Assembly (NCBI GenBank): GCA_964658305.1
Contig: OZ210884.1
Location: forward strand, 2,604,001-2,668,000
Reading direction: 5' to 3'
Length of the DNA: 64,000 nt
DNA from: Leptogorgia sarmentosa
Lineage: Eukaryota
The notes under the pieces are model-generated. The model made no database searches. It had not been told where the DNA came from and saw nothing but the letters and a program-made list of their open reading frames with translations. Position numbers and translations under genes: made by a program. Shown here one piece after another: positions 15,001 through 30,000 of the stretch; the first letter of the stretch is position 1; every line of letters begins with the position of its first letter.

Positions 15001-18000
15001 CTGTGTTCTTGAGAGTGTTTCAGAGTAATTCAGAGTACGTAAAAACCGCTAGGCCGTTTTTGGCTCGTAGTTCAGAGTTCTTCAGAGTGTTTCAGAGTAT
15101 TTCAGAGTAAGTGAAAAATCGCTAGGCCTTTTTTGGCTCGTAGTTCAGAGTTCTTCAGAGTGTTTCAGAGTATTTCAGAGTAAGTGAAAAATCGCTAGGC
15201 CTTTTTTGGCTCGTAGTACGTACAGAGTTCTTCAGAGTGTTTCAGGTAATTGAGAGTAAGTGAAAAATCGCTAGGCCGTTTTTGGCTCGTGGTTCAGAGT
15301 TCTTCAGAGTGTTTCAGAGTAATTCAGAGGGCGAGAAAAATCGCTAGACCGTTTTTGGCTCGTAGTTCAGAGTTCTTCAGAGTGTTTCAGAGTAAATCAG
15401 AGGAGGTGAAAAATCGCTAGGCCGTTTTTGGCTCGTAGTTCAGAGTTCTTCAGAGTGTTCAGAGTATGTCAGAGTAAGTGAAAAATCGCTAGGCCGTTTT
15501 TGGCTCGTAGTACGTACAGAGTTCTTCAGAGTGTTTCAGGTAATTGAGAGTAAGTGCAAAATCGCTAGGCCGTTTTTGGCACGTAGTTCAGAGTTCTTCA
15601 GAGTGTTTCAGAGTAATTCAGAGGAGGTGAAAAATTGCTAGGCCATTTTTGGCTAGTAGTTCAGAGTTCTTCAGAGTGTTTCAGAGTAATTCAGAGTACG
15701 TGAAAAACCGCTAGGCCGTATTTGGCTCGTGGTACAGAGTTCTTCAGAGTGTTCCAGGTGATTGAGAGTAAGTGAAAAATCGCTAGGCAGTTTTTGGCTC
15801 GTAGTTCAGAGATCTTCAGAGTGTTTCAGAGTTATTCAGAGGAGGTGAAAAATCGCTAGCCCGTTTTTGGCTCGTAGTTCAGAGTTCTTCAGAGTGTTTC
15901 AGATTAAATCAGAGGAGGTGAAAAATCGCTAGGCCGTTTTTGGCTCGTAGTTCAGAGTTCTTCAGAGTGTTTCAGAGTATTTCAGAGTAAGTGAAAAATC
16001 GCTAGGCCTTTTTTGGCTCGTAGTACGTACAGAGTTCTTCAGAGTGTTTCAGGGTAATTCAGAGGAGGTGAAAAATTGCTAGGCCGTTTTTGGCTCGTAG
16101 TTCAGAGTTCTTCAGAGTGTTTCAGAGTAATTCAGTGGAGTAGAAAAATCGCTAGGCTGTTTTTGGCTTGTAGTACGTACAGAGTTCTTCAGAGTGTTTC
16201 AGGTAATTGAGAGTAAGTGCAAAATCGCTAGGCCGTTTTTGGCTCGTAGTTCAGAGTTCTTCAGAGTGTTTCAGAGTAATTCAGAGTAAGTGAAATATCG
16301 CTAGGCCATTTTTGGCTAGTAGTTCAGAGTTCTTCAGAATGTTTCAGAGTAATTCAGAGTACGTGAAAAACCGCTAGGCCGTTTTTGGCTAATAGTTCAG
16401 AGTTCTTCAGAGTGTTTCAGAGTAATTCAGAGTACGTGAAAAACCGCTAGGCTGTATTTGGCTCGTGGTACAGAGTTCTTCAGAGTGTTCCAGGTGATTG
16501 AGAGTAAGTGAAAAATCGCTAGGCAGTTTTTGGCTCGTAGTTCAGAGATCTTCAGAGTGTTTCAGAGTAATTCAGAGGAGGTGAAAAATCGCTAGCCCGT
16601 TTTTGGCTCGTAGTTCAGAGTTCTTCAGAGTGTTTCAGATTAAATCAGAGGAGGTGAAAAATCGCTAGGCCGTTTTTGGCTCGTAGTTCAGAGTTCTTCA
16701 GAGTGTTTCAGAGTATTTCAGAGTAAGTGAAAAATCGCTAGCCCTTTTTTGGCTCGTAGTACGTACAGAGTTCTTCAGAGTGTTTCAGGGTAATTCAGAG
16801 GAGGTGAAAAATTGCTAGGTCGTTTTTGGCTCGTAGTTCAGAGTTCTTCAGAGTGTTTCAGAGTAATTCAGTGGAGTAGAAAAATCGCTAGGCTGTTTTT
16901 GGCTTGTAGTACGTACAGAGTTCTTCAGAGTGTTTCAGGTAATTGAGAGTAAGTGCAAAATCGCTAGGCCGTTTTTGGCTCGTAGTTCAGAGTTCTTCAG
17001 AGTGTTTCAGAGTAATTCAGAGTAAGTGAAATATCGCTAGGCCATTTTTGGCTAGTAGTTCAGAGTTCTTCAGAATGTTTCAGAGTAATTCAGAGTACGT
17101 GAAAAACCGCTAGGCCGTTTTTGGCTAATAGTTCAGAGTTCTTCAGAGTGTTTCAGAGTAATTCAGAGTACGTGAAAAACCGCTAGGCCGTATTTGGCTC
17201 GTGGTACAGAGTTCTTCAGAGTGTTCCAGGTGATTGAGAGTAAGTGAAAAATCGCTAGGCAGTTTTTGGCTCGTAGTTCAGAGATCTTCAGAGTGTTTCA
17301 GAGTAATTCAGAGGAGGTGAAAAATCGCTAGCCCGTTTTTGGCTCGTAGTTCAGAGTTCTTCAGAGTGTTTCAGATTAAATCAGAGGAGGTGAAAAATCG
17401 CTAGGCCGTTTTTGGCTCGTAGTTCAGAGTTCTTCAGAGTGTTTCAGAGTATTTCAGAGTAAGTGAAAAATCGCTAGGCCTTTTTTGGCTCGTAGTACGT
17501 ACAGAGTTCTTCAGAGTGTTTCAGGTAATTGAGAGTAAGTGAAAAATCGCTAGGCCGTTTTTGGCTCGTAGTTCAGAGTTCTTCAGAGTGTTTCAGAGTA
17601 ATTCAGAGTACGTAAAAACCGCTAGGCCGTTTTTCGCGCTTAGTACGTACAGAGTTCTTCAGAGTGTTTCAGAGTAATTCAGAGGGCGAGAAAAATCGCT
17701 AGACCGTTTTTGGCTCGTAGTTCAGAGTTCTTCAGAGTGTTTCAGAGTAATTCAGAGTACGTAAAAACCGCTAGGCCGTTTTTGGCTCGTAGTTCAGAGT
17801 TCTTCAGAGTGTTTCAGAGTAATTCAGAGGAGGTGAAAAATCACTAGGCCGTATTTGGTTCGTGGTACAGAGTTCTTCAGAGTGTTTCAGGTGATTGAGA
17901 GTAAGTGAAAATTCGCTAGGCCGTTTTTGGCTCGTAGTTCAGAGTTCTTCAGAGTAATTCTGAGGAGGTTAAAAATCGCTAGGCCGTTTTTGGCTCGTAG

Positions 18001-21000
18001 TTCAGAGTTCTTCAGAGTGTTTAAGAGTAATTGAGAGTACGTGAAAACCGCTAGGGCGTTTTTGGCTCGTAGTTCAGAGTTCTTCAGAGTGTTTCAGAGT
18101 AATTCAGAGGGGGAGAAAAATCGCTAGGCCGTTTTTGGCTCGTAGTTCAGAGTTCTTCAGAGTGTTTCAGACTAATTCAGAGGAGGTGAAAAATCGCTAG
18201 GCCGTTTTTGGCTCGTAGTTCAGAGTTCTTCAGAGTGTTTCAGAGTAATTCAGAGGGGGAGAAAAATCGCTAGACCGTTTTTGGCTCGTAGTACGTACAG
18301 AGTTCTTCAGAGTGGTTCAGGTAATTGAGAGTAAGTGAAAAATCGCTAGACCGTTTTTGGCTCGTAGTTCAGAGTTCTTCAGAGTGTTTCAGAGTAATTC
18401 AGTTGAGTAGAAAAATCGCTAGGCTGTTTTTGGCTCGTAGTACGTACAGAGTTCTTCAGAGTGTTTCAGGTAATTGAAAGTAAGTGCAAAATCGCTAGGC
18501 CGTTTTTGGCACGTAGTTCAGAGTTTTTCAGAGTGTTTCAGAGTAATTCAGAGTAAGTGAAAAATCGCTAGGCCATTTTTGGCTCGTAGTACGTTCAGAG
18601 TTGTTCATAGTGTTTCAGGTAATTGAGAGTAAGTGAAAAATCGCTAGGCCGTTTTTGGCTCGTAGTTCAGAGTTCTTCAGAGTGTTTCAGAGTAACTCAG
18701 AGGAGGTGAAAAATCGCTAGGCCATTTTTGGCTCGTAGTTCAGAGTTCTTCAGAGTGTTTCAGTGTAATTCAGAGAAAGTGAAATATCGCTAGGCCATTT
18801 TTGGCTAGTAGTTCAGAGTTCTTCAGAGTGTTTCAGAGTAATTCAGAGTACGTGAAAAACCGCTAGGCCGTTTTTGGCTCGTAGTTCAGAGTTCTTCAGA
18901 GTTTTTCAGAGTAATTCAGAGTACGTGAAAAACCGCTAGGCCGTATTTGGCTCGTGGTACAGAGTTCTTCAGAGTGTTCCAGGTGATTGAGAGTAAGTGA
19001 AAAATCGCTAGGCCGTTTTTGGCTCGTAGTTCAGAGATCTTCAGAGTGTTTCAGAGTAATTCAGAGGAGGTGAAAAATCGCTAGCCCGTTTTTGGCTCGT
19101 AGTTCAGAGTTCTTCAGAGTGTTTCAGAGTAATTCAGAGTAAGTGAAAAATCGCTAGGCCATTTTTGGCTAGTAGTTCAGAGTTCTTCAGAGTGTTTCCG
19201 AGTAATTCAGAGTACGTGAAAAACCGCTAGGCCGTATTTGGCTCATGCTACAGAGTTCTTCAGAGTGTTTCAGAGTAATTCAGAGGAGGTGAAAAATCGC
19301 TAGGCCGTTTTTGGCTCGTAGTTCAGAGTTCTTCAGAGTGTTTCAGAGTATTTCAGAGTAAGTGAAAATCGCTAGGTCGTTTTTGACCCGTAGTTCTGAG
19401 TTCTTCAGGGTGTTTCAGAGCAATTCAGAGTAAGTGAAAAATCGCTAGGCCGTTTTTGGCTCGTAGTTCAGAGTTCTTCAGAGTGTTTCAGAGTAATTCA
19501 GAGGAGGTGAAAAATCACTAGGCCGTATTTGGTTCGTGGTACAGAGTTCTGCAGAGTGTTTCAGGTGATTGAGAGTAAGTGAAAATTCGCTAGGCCGTTT
19601 TTGGCTCGTAGTTCAGAGTTCTTCAGAGTGTTTAAGAGTAATTGAGAGTACGTGAAAACCGCTAGGGCGTTTTTGGCTCGTAGTTCAGAGTTCTTCAGAG
19701 TGTTTCAGAGTAATTCAGAGGGGGAGAAAAATCGCTAGGCCGTTTTTGGCTCGTAGTTCAGAGTTCTTCAGAGTGTTTCAGACTAATTCAGAGGAGGTGA
19801 AAAATCGCTAGGCCGTTTTTGGCTCGTAGTTCAGAGTTCTTCAGAGTGTTTCAGAGTAATACAGAGGGGGAGAAAAATCGCTAGACCGTTTTTGGCTCGT
19901 AGTTCTGTGTTCTTGAGAGTGTTTCAGAGTAATTCAGAGTACGTAAAAACCGCTAGGCCGTTTTTGGCTCGTAGTTCAGAGTTCTTCAGAATGTTTCAGA
20001 GTAATTCATAGTAAGTGAAAAATCGCTAGGCCGTTTTTGGCTCGTAGTTCAGAGTACTTCAGAGTGTTTCAGAGTAATTCAGAGTAAGTGAAAAATCGCT
20101 AGGCCATTTTTGGCTAGTAGTTCAGAGTTCTTCAGAGTGTTTCAGAGTAATTCATAGTAAGTGAAAAATCGCTAGGCCGATTTTGGTTCGTAGTTCAGAT
20201 TTCTTCAGAGTGTTTCAGAGTAATTCAGAGTAAGTGAAAAATCGCTAGGCCATTTTTGGCTAGTAGTTCAGAGTTCTTCAGAGTGTTTCAGAGTAATTCA
20301 GATGGGGAGAAAAAATGCTAGACCGTTTTTGCCTCGTAGTTCAGAGTTCTTCAGAGTGTTTCAGAGTAATTCTGAGTAAGTGAAAAATCGCTAGGCCGGT
20401 TTTGGCTCGTAGTTCAGAGTTCTTCAGAGTGTTTCAGAGTAATACAGAGGGGGAGAAAAATCGCTAGACCGTTTTTGGCTCGTAGTTCTGTGTTCTTGAG
20501 AGTGTTTCAGAGTAATTCAGAGTACGTAAAAACCGCTAGGCCGTTTTTGGCTCGTAGTTCAGAGTTCTTCAGAATGTTTCAGAGTAATTCATAGTAAGTG
20601 AAAAATCGCTAGGCCGTTTTTGGCTCGTAGTTCAGAGTACTTCAGAGTGTTTCAGAGTAATTCAGAGTAAGTGAAAAATCGCTAGGCCATTTTTGGCTAG
20701 TAGTTCAGAGTTCTTCAGAGTGTTTCAGAGTAATTCATAGTAAGTGAAAAATCGCTAGGCCGATTTTGGTTCGTAGTTCAGATTTCTTCAGAGTGTTTCA
20801 GAGTAATTCAGAGTAAGTGAAAAATCGCTAGGCCATTTTTGGCTAGTAGTTCAGAGTTCTTCAGAGTGTTTCAGAGTAATTCAGATGGGGAGAAAAAATG
20901 CTAGACCGTTTTTGCCACGTAGTTCAGAGTTCTTCAGAGTGTTTCAGAGTAATTCTGAGTAAGTGAAAAATCGCTAGGCCGGTTTTGGCTCGTAGTTCAG

Positions 21001-24000
21001 AGTTCTTCAGAGTGTTTCAGAGTAATACAGAGGGGGAGAAAAATCGCTAGACCGTTTTTGGCTCGTAGTTCTGTGTTCTTGAGAGTGTTTCAGAGTAATT
21101 CAGAGTACGTAAAAACCGCTAGGCCGTTTTTGGCTCGTAGTTCAGAGTTCTTCAGAATGTTTCAGAGTAATTCATAGTAAGTGAAAAATCGCTAGGCCGT
21201 TTTTGGCTCGTAGTTCAGAGTACTTCAGAGTGTTTCAGACTAATTCAGAGTAAGTGAAAAATCGCTAGGCCATTTTTGGCTAGTAGTTCAGAGTTCTTCA
21301 GAGTGTTTCAGAGTAATTCATAGTAAGTGAAAAATCGCTAGGCCGATTTTGGTTCGTAGTTCAGATTTCTTCAGAGTGTTTCAGAGTAATTCAGAGTAAG
21401 TGAAAAATCGCTAGGCCATTTTTGGCTAGTAGTTCAGAGTTCTTCAGAGTGTTTCAGAGTAATTCAGATGGGGAGAAAAAATGCTAGACCGTTTTTGCCT
21501 CGTAGTTCAGAGTTCTTCAGAGTGTTTCAGAGTAATTCTGAGTAAGTGAAAAATCGCTAGGCCGGTTTTGGCTCGTAGTTCAGAGTTCTTCAGAGTGTTT
21601 CAGAGTAATTCAGAGTAATTCAGAGGGGGTGAAAAATCGCTAGGCCGTTTTTGGCTCGTAGTTCAGATTTCTTCAGAGTGTTTCATAGTAATAGAGAGTG
21701 AGTGAAAAATCGCTAGCCCGTTTTTGGCTCGTAGTTCAGAGTTCTTCAGAGTGTTTCAGAGTAATTCAGAGTAAGTGAAAAATCGCTAGGCCATTTTTGG
21801 CTAGTAGTTCAGAGTTCTTCAGAGTGTTTCCGAGTAATTCAGAGTACGTGAAAAACCGCTAGGCCGTATTTGGCTCGTGGTATACAGAGTTCTTCAGAGT
21901 GTTTCAGAGTAATTCAGAGGAGGTGAAAAATCGCTAGGCCGTTTTTGGCTCGTAGTTCAGATTTCTTCAGAGTGTTTCAGAGTAATTCAGAGTAAGTGAA
22001 AAATCGCTAGGCCATTTTTGCTAGTAGTTCAGAGTTCTTCAGAGTGTTTCAGAGTAATTCATAGTAAGTGAAAAATCGCTTGGCCGTTTTTGGCTCGTAG
22101 TTCAGAGTTCTTAAGAGTGTTTCAGAGTAATTCAGAGTAAGTGAAAAATCGCTAGGCCATTTTTGGCTCGTAGTTCAGAGTTCTTCAGAGTGTTTCAGAG
22201 TAATTCAGAGTAAGTGAAAAATCGTTAGGCCGTTTCTGGCTCGTAGTTCAGAGTTCTTCAGAGTGTTTCAGAGTAATTCAGAGTAAGTGGAAAATCGGTA
22301 GGCCATTTTTGGTTCGTAGTTCAGAGTTCTTCAGAGTGTTTCAGAGTAATTCAGAGTAAGTGAAAAAATGCTAGGCCATTTTTGGCTAGTAGTTCAGAGT
22401 ACTTCAGAGTGTTTCAGAGTAATTCAGAGTACGTGAAAAACCGCTAGGCCGTTTTTGGCTCGTAGTTCAGAGTTCTTCAGTGTGTTTCAGAGTAATTCGG
22501 AGTACGTTAAAATCGCTAGCCGTTTTTGGCTCGTATTTCAGAGTTCTTCTGAGTGTTTCAGAGTAATTCAGAGTATGTGAAAAATCGCTAGGCCATTTTT
22601 GACCCGTAGTTAGAAAAATCGCTAGGTCGTTTTTTGCTCGTAGTTCAGAGTTGTTCAGAGTGTTTCAGAGGAATTCAGAGCAGGAGAAAAATCGCTAGGC
22701 TTTTTTTTGGCTCGTAGTTCAGAGTTCTTCAGAGTGTTTCAGAGTAATTGAGAGTAAGTGAAAAATCGCTAGGCCGTTTTTTGCTCGTAGTTCAGAGTTG
22801 TTCAGAGTGTTTCAGAGTTATTCAGAAGGGGAGAAAAATCGCTAGCCCGTTTTTGGCTCGTAGTTCAGAGTTCTTCAGAGTGTTTCAGAGTAATTCAGAG
22901 TAAGTGAAAAATCGCTAGGCCATTTTTGGCTAGTAGTTCAGAGTTCTTCAGAGTGTTTCAGGTGATTCAGAGTAAGTGAAAAATCGCTAGGTCGTTTTTG
23001 GCTCGTAGTTCAGAGTTCTTCAGAGTGTTTCAGAGTAATTCAGAGTACGTAAAAACCGCTAGGCCGTTTTTGGCTCGTAGTACGTACAGAGTTCTTCAGA
23101 GTGTTTCAGGTAATTGAGAGTAAGTGAAAAATTGCTAGGCCGTTTTTGGCTCGTAGTTCAGAGTTCTTCAGAGTGTTTCAGAGTAATTCAGAGGACGTGG
23201 AAAATCGCTAGGCTATTTTTGGCTCGTAGTTCAGAGTTCTTCACAGTGTTTCAGAGTAATTCAGATGGGGAGTAAAAATGCTAGACCGTTTTTGGCTCGT
23301 AGTTCAGAGTTCTTCAGAGTGTTTCAGTGTAATTGAGAGTAAGTGAAAAATCGCTAGGCCATTTTTGACTCGTAGTTCAGAGTTCTTCAGAGTGTTTCAG
23401 AGTAATTCAGAAGGGGAGAAAAATCGCTAGCCCGTTTTTGGCTCGTTTTTCAGAGTTCTTCAGAGTGTTTCAGAGTAATTCAGAGTAAGTGAAAAATCGC
23501 TAGGCCATTTTTGGCTAGTAGTTCAGAGTTCTTCAGAGTGTTTCAGAGTAATTCAGAAGGGGAGAAAAATCGCTAGGCCATTTTTGGCTCGTAGTTCAGA
23601 GTTCTTCAGAGTATTTCAGAGTTAGTGAAAAATCACTAGGCCGTTTTTGGCTCGTAGTTCATAGTTCTTCAGAGTTTTTCAGAGTAAGTGAAAAATCGCT
23701 AGGCCATTTTTGGCTCGTAGTTCATAGTTCTTCAGAGTATTTCAGAGTAAGTGAAAAATCGCTAGGCCATTTTTGGCTCGTAGTTCAGAGTTCTTCAGAG
23801 TATTTCAGAGTAAGTGAAAAATCGCTAGGCCATTTTTGGCTCGTAGTTCAGAGTTCTTCAGAGCGTTTCACAGTAATTCAGAGGAGGTGAAAAATCGCTA
23901 GGCCATTTTTGGCTCGTAGTTCAACGTTCTTCAGAGTGTTTCAGAGTAATTGAGAGTAAGTTAAAAATCGCTAGGCCGTTTTTGGCTCGTATTTCATAGT

Positions 24001-27000
24001 TCATCAGAGTATTTCAGAGTAAGTGAAAAGTCGCTATGCCGTTTTTGGCTCGTAGTTCATAGTTCCTCAGAGTATTTCAGAGTAAGTGAATAGTCGCTAG
24101 GCCGTTTTTGGCTCGTAGTTCATAGTTCCTCAGAGTATTTCAGAGTAAGTGAAAAATCGCTAGGCCGTTTTTGGCTCGTAGTTCATAGTTCCTCAGAGTA
24201 TTTCAGAGTAAGTGAAAAATCGCTAGGCCGTTTTTGGCTCGTAGTTCATAGTTCCTCAGAGTATTTCAGAGTAAGTGAATAGTCGCTAGGTCGTTTTTGG
24301 CTCGTAGTTTACAGTTCTTCAGAGTGTTTCAGAGTAATTCAGAGGAGGTGAAAAATCGCTAGACCGTTTTTGGCTCGAAGTTCAACGTTCTTCAGAGTAT
24401 GTCAGAGTAAGTGAAAAGTCGCTAGGCCGTTTTTGGCTCGTAGTTCAGAGTTCGTCAGAGTGTTTCAGATTAATTCAGAGGAAGTGAAAAATCGCTAGGC
24501 CGTTTTTTGCTCGTAGTTCAGAGTTCGTCAGAGTGTTTCAGAGTAATTCAGAGGAGGTGAAAAATCGCTAGGCCGTTTTTGACTCGTAGTTCAGAGTTCT
24601 TCAGAGTGTTTCAGATTAAATCAGAGGAGGTGAAAAATCGCTAGGCCGTTTTTGGCTCGTAGTTCAGAGTTCTTCAGAGTGTTTCAGAGTATTTCAGAGT
24701 AAGTGAAAAATCGCTAGGCCTTTTTTGGCTCGTAGTACGTACAGAGTTCTTCAGAGTGTTTCAGGTAATTGAGAGTAAGTGAAAAATCGCTAGGCCGTTT
24801 TTGGCTCGTAGTTCAGAGTTCTTCAGAGTGTTTCAGAGTAATTCAGAGTACGTAAAAACCGCTAGGCCGTTTTTCGCGCTTAGTACGTACAGAGTTCTTC
24901 AGAGTGTTTCAGGTAATTGAGAGTAAGTGAAAAATCGCTAGGCCGTTTTTGGCTCGTTGTTCAGAGTTCTTCAGAGTGTTTCAGAGTAATTCAGAGGAGG
25001 TGAAAAATCGCTAGGCCATTTTTGGCTCGTAGTTCAGAGTTCTTCACAGTGTTTCAGAGTAATACAGAGGGGGAGAAAAATCGCTAGACCGTTTTTGGCT
25101 GGTAGTTCAGAGTTCTTCAGAGTGTTTCAGAGTATTTCAGAGTAAGTGAAAAATCGCTAGGCCTTTTTTGGCTCGTAGTACGTACAGAGTTCTTCAGAGT
25201 GTTTCAGGTAATTGAGAGTAAGTGAAAAATCGCTAGGCCGTTTTTGGCTCGTAGTTCAGAGTTCTTCAGAGTGTTTCAGAGTAATTCAGAGTACGTAAAA
25301 ACCGCTAGGCCGTTTTTCGCGCTTAGTACGTACAGAGTTCTTCAGAGTGTTTCAGGTAATTGAGAGTAAGTGAAAAATCGCTAGGCCGTTTTTGGCTCGT
25401 TGTTCAGAGTTCTTCAGAGTGTTTCAGAGTAATTCAGAGGAGGTGAAAAATCGCTAGGCCATTTTTGGCTCGTAGTTCAGAGTTCTTCACAGTGTTTCAG
25501 AGTAATACAGAGGGGGAGAAAAATCGCTAGACCGTTTTTGGCTCGTAGTTCAGAGTTCTTCAGAGTGTTTCAGAGTATTTCAGAGTAAGTGAAAAATCGC
25601 TAGGTCTTTTTTGGCTCGTAGTACGTACAGAGTTCTTCAGAGTGTTTCAGGTAATTGAGAGTAAGTGAAAAATCGCTAGGCCGTTTTTGGCTCGTGGTTC
25701 AGAGTTCTTCAGAGTGTTTCAGAGTAATTCAGAGGGCGAGAAAAATCGCTAGACCGTTTTTGGCTCGTAGTTCAGAGTTCTTCAGAGTGTTTCAGAGTAA
25801 TTCAGAGTACGTAAAAACCGCTAGGCCGTTTTTGGCTCGTAGTTCAGAGTTCTTCAGAGTGTTTCAGAGTAATTCAGAGGAGGTGAAAAATCACTAGGCC
25901 GTATTTGGTTCGTGGTACAGAGTTCTTCAGAGTGTTTCAGATGATTGAGAGTAAGTGAAAATTCGCTAGGCCGTTTTTGGCTCGTAGTTCAGAGTTCTTC
26001 AGAGTAATTCTGAGGAGGTTAAAAATCGCTAGGCCGTTTTTGGCTCGTAGTTCAGAGTTCTTCAGAGTGTTTAAGAGTAATTGAGAGTACGTGAAAACCG
26101 CTAGGGCGTTTTTGGCTCGTAGTTCAGAGTTCTTCAGAGTGTTTCAGAGTAATTCAGAGGGGGAGAAAAATCGCTAGGCCGTTTTTGGCTCGTAGTTCAG
26201 AGTTCTTCAGAGTGTTTCAGACTAATTCAGAGGAGGTGAAAAATCGCTAGGCCGTTTTTGGCTCGTAGTTCAGAGTTCTTCAGAGTGTTTCAGAGTAATT
26301 CAGAGGGGGAGAAAAATCGCTAGACCGTTTTTGGCTCGTAGTACGTACAGAGTTCTTCAGAGTGGTTCAGGTAATTGAGAGTAAGTGAAAAATCGCTAGA
26401 CCGTTTTTGGCTCGTAGTTCAGAGTTCTTCAGAGTGTTTCAGAGTAATTCAGTTGAGTAGAAAAATCGCTAGGCTGTTTTTGGCTCGTAGTACGTACAGA
26501 GTTCTTCAGAGTGTTTCAGGTAATTGAAAGTAAGTGAAAAATCGCTAGGCCGTTTTTGGCTCGTAGTTCAGAGTTCTTCAGAGTGTTTCAGAGTAACTCA
26601 GAGGAGGTGAAAAATCGCTAGGCCATTTTTGGCTCGTAGTTCAGAGTTCTTCAGAGTGTTTCAGTGTAATTCAGAGAAAGTGAAATATCGCTACGCCATT
26701 TTTGGCTAGTAGTTCAGAGTTCTTCAGAGTGTTTCAGAGTAATTCAGAGTACGTGAAAAACCGCTAGGCCGTTTTTGGCTCGTAGTTCAGAGTTCTTCAG
26801 AGTTTTTCAGAGTAATTCAGAGTACGTGAAAAACCGCTAGGCCGTATTTGGCTCGTGGTACAGAGTTCTTCAGAGTGTTCCAGGTGATTGAGAGTAAGTG
26901 AAAAATCGCTAGGCCGTTTTTGGCTCGTAGTTCAGAGATCTTCAGAGTGTTTCAGAGTAATTCAGAGGAGGTGAAAAATCGCTAGCCCGTTTTTGGCTCG

Positions 27001-30000
27001 TAGTTCAGAGTTCTTCAGAGTGTTTCAGAGTAATTCAGAGTAAGTGAAAAATCGCTAGGCCATTTTTGGCTAGTAGTTCAGAGTTCTTCAGAGTGTTTCC
27101 GAGTAATTCAGAGTACGTGAAAAACCGCTAGGCCGTATTTGGCTCATGGTACAGAGTTCTTCAGAGTGTTTCAGAGTAATTCAGAGGAGGTGAAAAATCG
27201 CTAGGCCGTTTTTGGCTCGTAGTTCAGAGTTCTTCAGAGTGTTTCAGAGTATTTCAGAGTAAGTGAAAATCGCTAGGTCGTTTTTGACCCGTAGATCTGA
27301 GTTCTTCAGGGTGTTTCAGAGCAATTCAGAGTAAGTGAAAAATCGCTAGGCCGTTTTTGGCTCGTAGTTCAGAGTTCTTCAGAGTGTTTCAGAGTAATTC
27401 AGAGGAGGTGAAAAATCACTAGGCCGTATTTGGTTCGTGGTACAGAGTTCTGCAGAGTGTTTCAGGTGATTGAGAGTAAGTGAAAATTCGCTAGGCCGTT
27501 TTTGGCTCGTAGTTCAGAGTTCTTCAGAGTGTTTCAGAGTAATTCTGAGGAGGTTAAAAATCGCTAGGCCGTTTTTGGCTCGTAGTTCAGAGTTCTTCAG
27601 AGTGTTTAAGAGTAATTGAGAGTACGTGAAAACCGCTAGGGCGTTTTTGGCTCGTAGTTCAGAGTTCTTCAGAATGTTTCAGAGTAATTCATAGTAAGTG
27701 AAAAATCGCTAGGCCGTTTTTGGCTCGTAGTTCAGAGTACTTCAGAGTGTTTCAGAGTAATTCAGAGTAAGTGAAAAATCGCTAGGCCATTTTTGGCTAG
27801 TAGTTCAGAGTTCTTCAGAGTGTTTCAGAGTAATTCATAGTAAGTGAAAAATCGCTAGGCCGATTTTGGTTCGTAGTTCAGATTTCTTCAGAGTGTTTCA
27901 GAGTAATTCAGAGTAAGTGAAAAATCGCTAGGCCATTTTTGGCTAGTAGTTCAGAGTTCTTCAGAGTGTTTCAGAGTAATTCAGATGGGGAGAAAAAATG
28001 CTAGACCGTTTTTGCCTCGTAGTTCAGAGTTCTTCAGAGTGTTTCAGAGTAATTCTGAGTAAGTGAAAAATCGCTAGGCCGGTTTTGGCTCGTAGTTCAG
28101 AGTTCTTCAGAGTGTTTCAGATTTATACAGAGGGGGAGAAAAATCGCTAGACCGTTTTTGGCTCGTAGTTCTGTGTTCTTGAAAGTGTTTCAGAGTAATT
28201 CAGAGTACGTAAAAACTGCTAGGCCGTTTTTGGCTCGTAGTTCAGAGTTCTTCAGAATGTTTCAGAGTAATTCATAGTAAGTGAAAAATCGCTAGGCCGT
28301 TTTTGGCTCGTAGTTCAGAGTACTTCAGAGTGTTTCAGAGTAATTCAGAGTAAGTGAAAAATCGCTAGGCCATTTTTGGCTAGTAGGTCAGAGTTCTTCA
28401 GAGTGTTTCAGAGTAATTCATAGTAAGTGAAAAATCGCTAGGCCGATTTTGGTTCGTAGTTCAGATTTCTTCAGAGTGTTTCAGAGTAATTCAGAGTAAG
28501 TGAAAAATCGCTAGGCCATTTTTGGCTAGTAGTTCAGAGTTCTTCAGAGTGTTTCAGAGTAATTCAGATGGGGAGAAAAATGCTAGACCGTTTTTGCCTC
28601 GTAGTTCAGAGTTCTTCAGAGTGTTTCAGAGTAATTCTGAGTAAGTGAAAAATCGCTAGGCCGGTTTTGGCTCGTAGTTCAGAGTTCTTCAGAGTGTTTC
28701 AGAGTAATTCAGAGTAATTCAGAGGGGGTGAAAAATCGCTAGGCCGTTTTTGGCTCGTAGTTCAGAGTTCTTCAGAGTGTTTCAGAGTAATTCAGAGTAA
28801 GTGAAAAATCGCTAGGCCATTTTTGGCTAGTAGTTCAGAGTTCTTCAGAGTGTTTCCGAGTAATTCAGAGTACGTGAAAAACCGCTAGGCCGTATTTGGC
28901 TCGTGGTACAGAGTTCTTCAGAGTGTTTCAGAGTAATTCAGAGGAGGTGAAAAATCGCTAGGCCGTTTTTGGCTCGTAGTTCAGATTTCTTCAGAGTGTT
29001 TCAGAGTAATTCAGAGTAAGTGAAAAATCGCTAGGCCATTTTTGCTAGTAGTTCAGAGTTCTTCAGAGTGTTTCAGAGTAATTCATAGTAAGTGAAAAAT
29101 CGCTTGGCCGTTTTTGGCTCGTAGTTCAGAGTTCTTAAGAGTGTTTCAGAGTAATTCAGAGTAAGTGAAAAATCGCTAGGCCATTTTTGGCTCGTAGTTC
29201 AGAGTTCTTTAGAGTGTTTCAGAGTAATTCAGAGTAAGTGAAAAATCGTTAGGCCGTTTCTGGCTCGTAGTTCAGAGTTCTTCAGAGTGTTTCAGAGTAT
29301 TTCAGAGTAAGTGAAAAATCGGTAGGCCATTTTTGGTTCGTAGTTCAGAGTTCTTCAGAGTGTTTCAGAGTAATTCAGAGTAAGTGAAAAAATGCTAGGC
29401 CATTTTTGGCTAGTAGTTCAGAGTACTTCAGAGTGTTTCAGAGTAATTCAGAGTACGTGAAAAACCGCTAGGCCGTTTTTGGCTCGTAGTTCAGTGTTCT
29501 TCAGTGTGTTTCAGAGTAATTCAGAGTACGTTAAAATCGCTAGCCGTTTTTGGCTCGTATTTCAGAGTTCTTCTGAGTGTTTCAGAGTAATTCAGAGTAT
29601 GTGAAAAATCGCTAGGCCATTTTTGACCCGTAGTTAGAAAAATCGCTAGGTCGTTTTTTGCTCGTAGTTCAGAGTTGTTCAGAGTGTTTCAGAGGAATTC
29701 AGAGGAGGAGAAAAATCGCTAGGCTTTTTTTTGGCTCGTAGTTCAGAGTTCTTCAGAGTGTTTCAGAGTAATTGAGAGTAAGTGAAAAATCGCTAGGCCG
29801 TTTTTTGCTCGTAGTTCAGAGTTGTTCAGAGTGTTTCAGAGTAATTCAGAAGGGGAGAAAAATCGCTAGCCCGTTTTTGGCTCGTAGTTCAGAGTTCTTC
29901 AGAGTGTTTCAGAGTAATTCAGAGTAAGTGAAAAATCGCAAGGCCATTTTTGGCTAGTAGTTCAGAGTTCTTCAGAGTGTTTCAGGTGATTCAGAGTAAG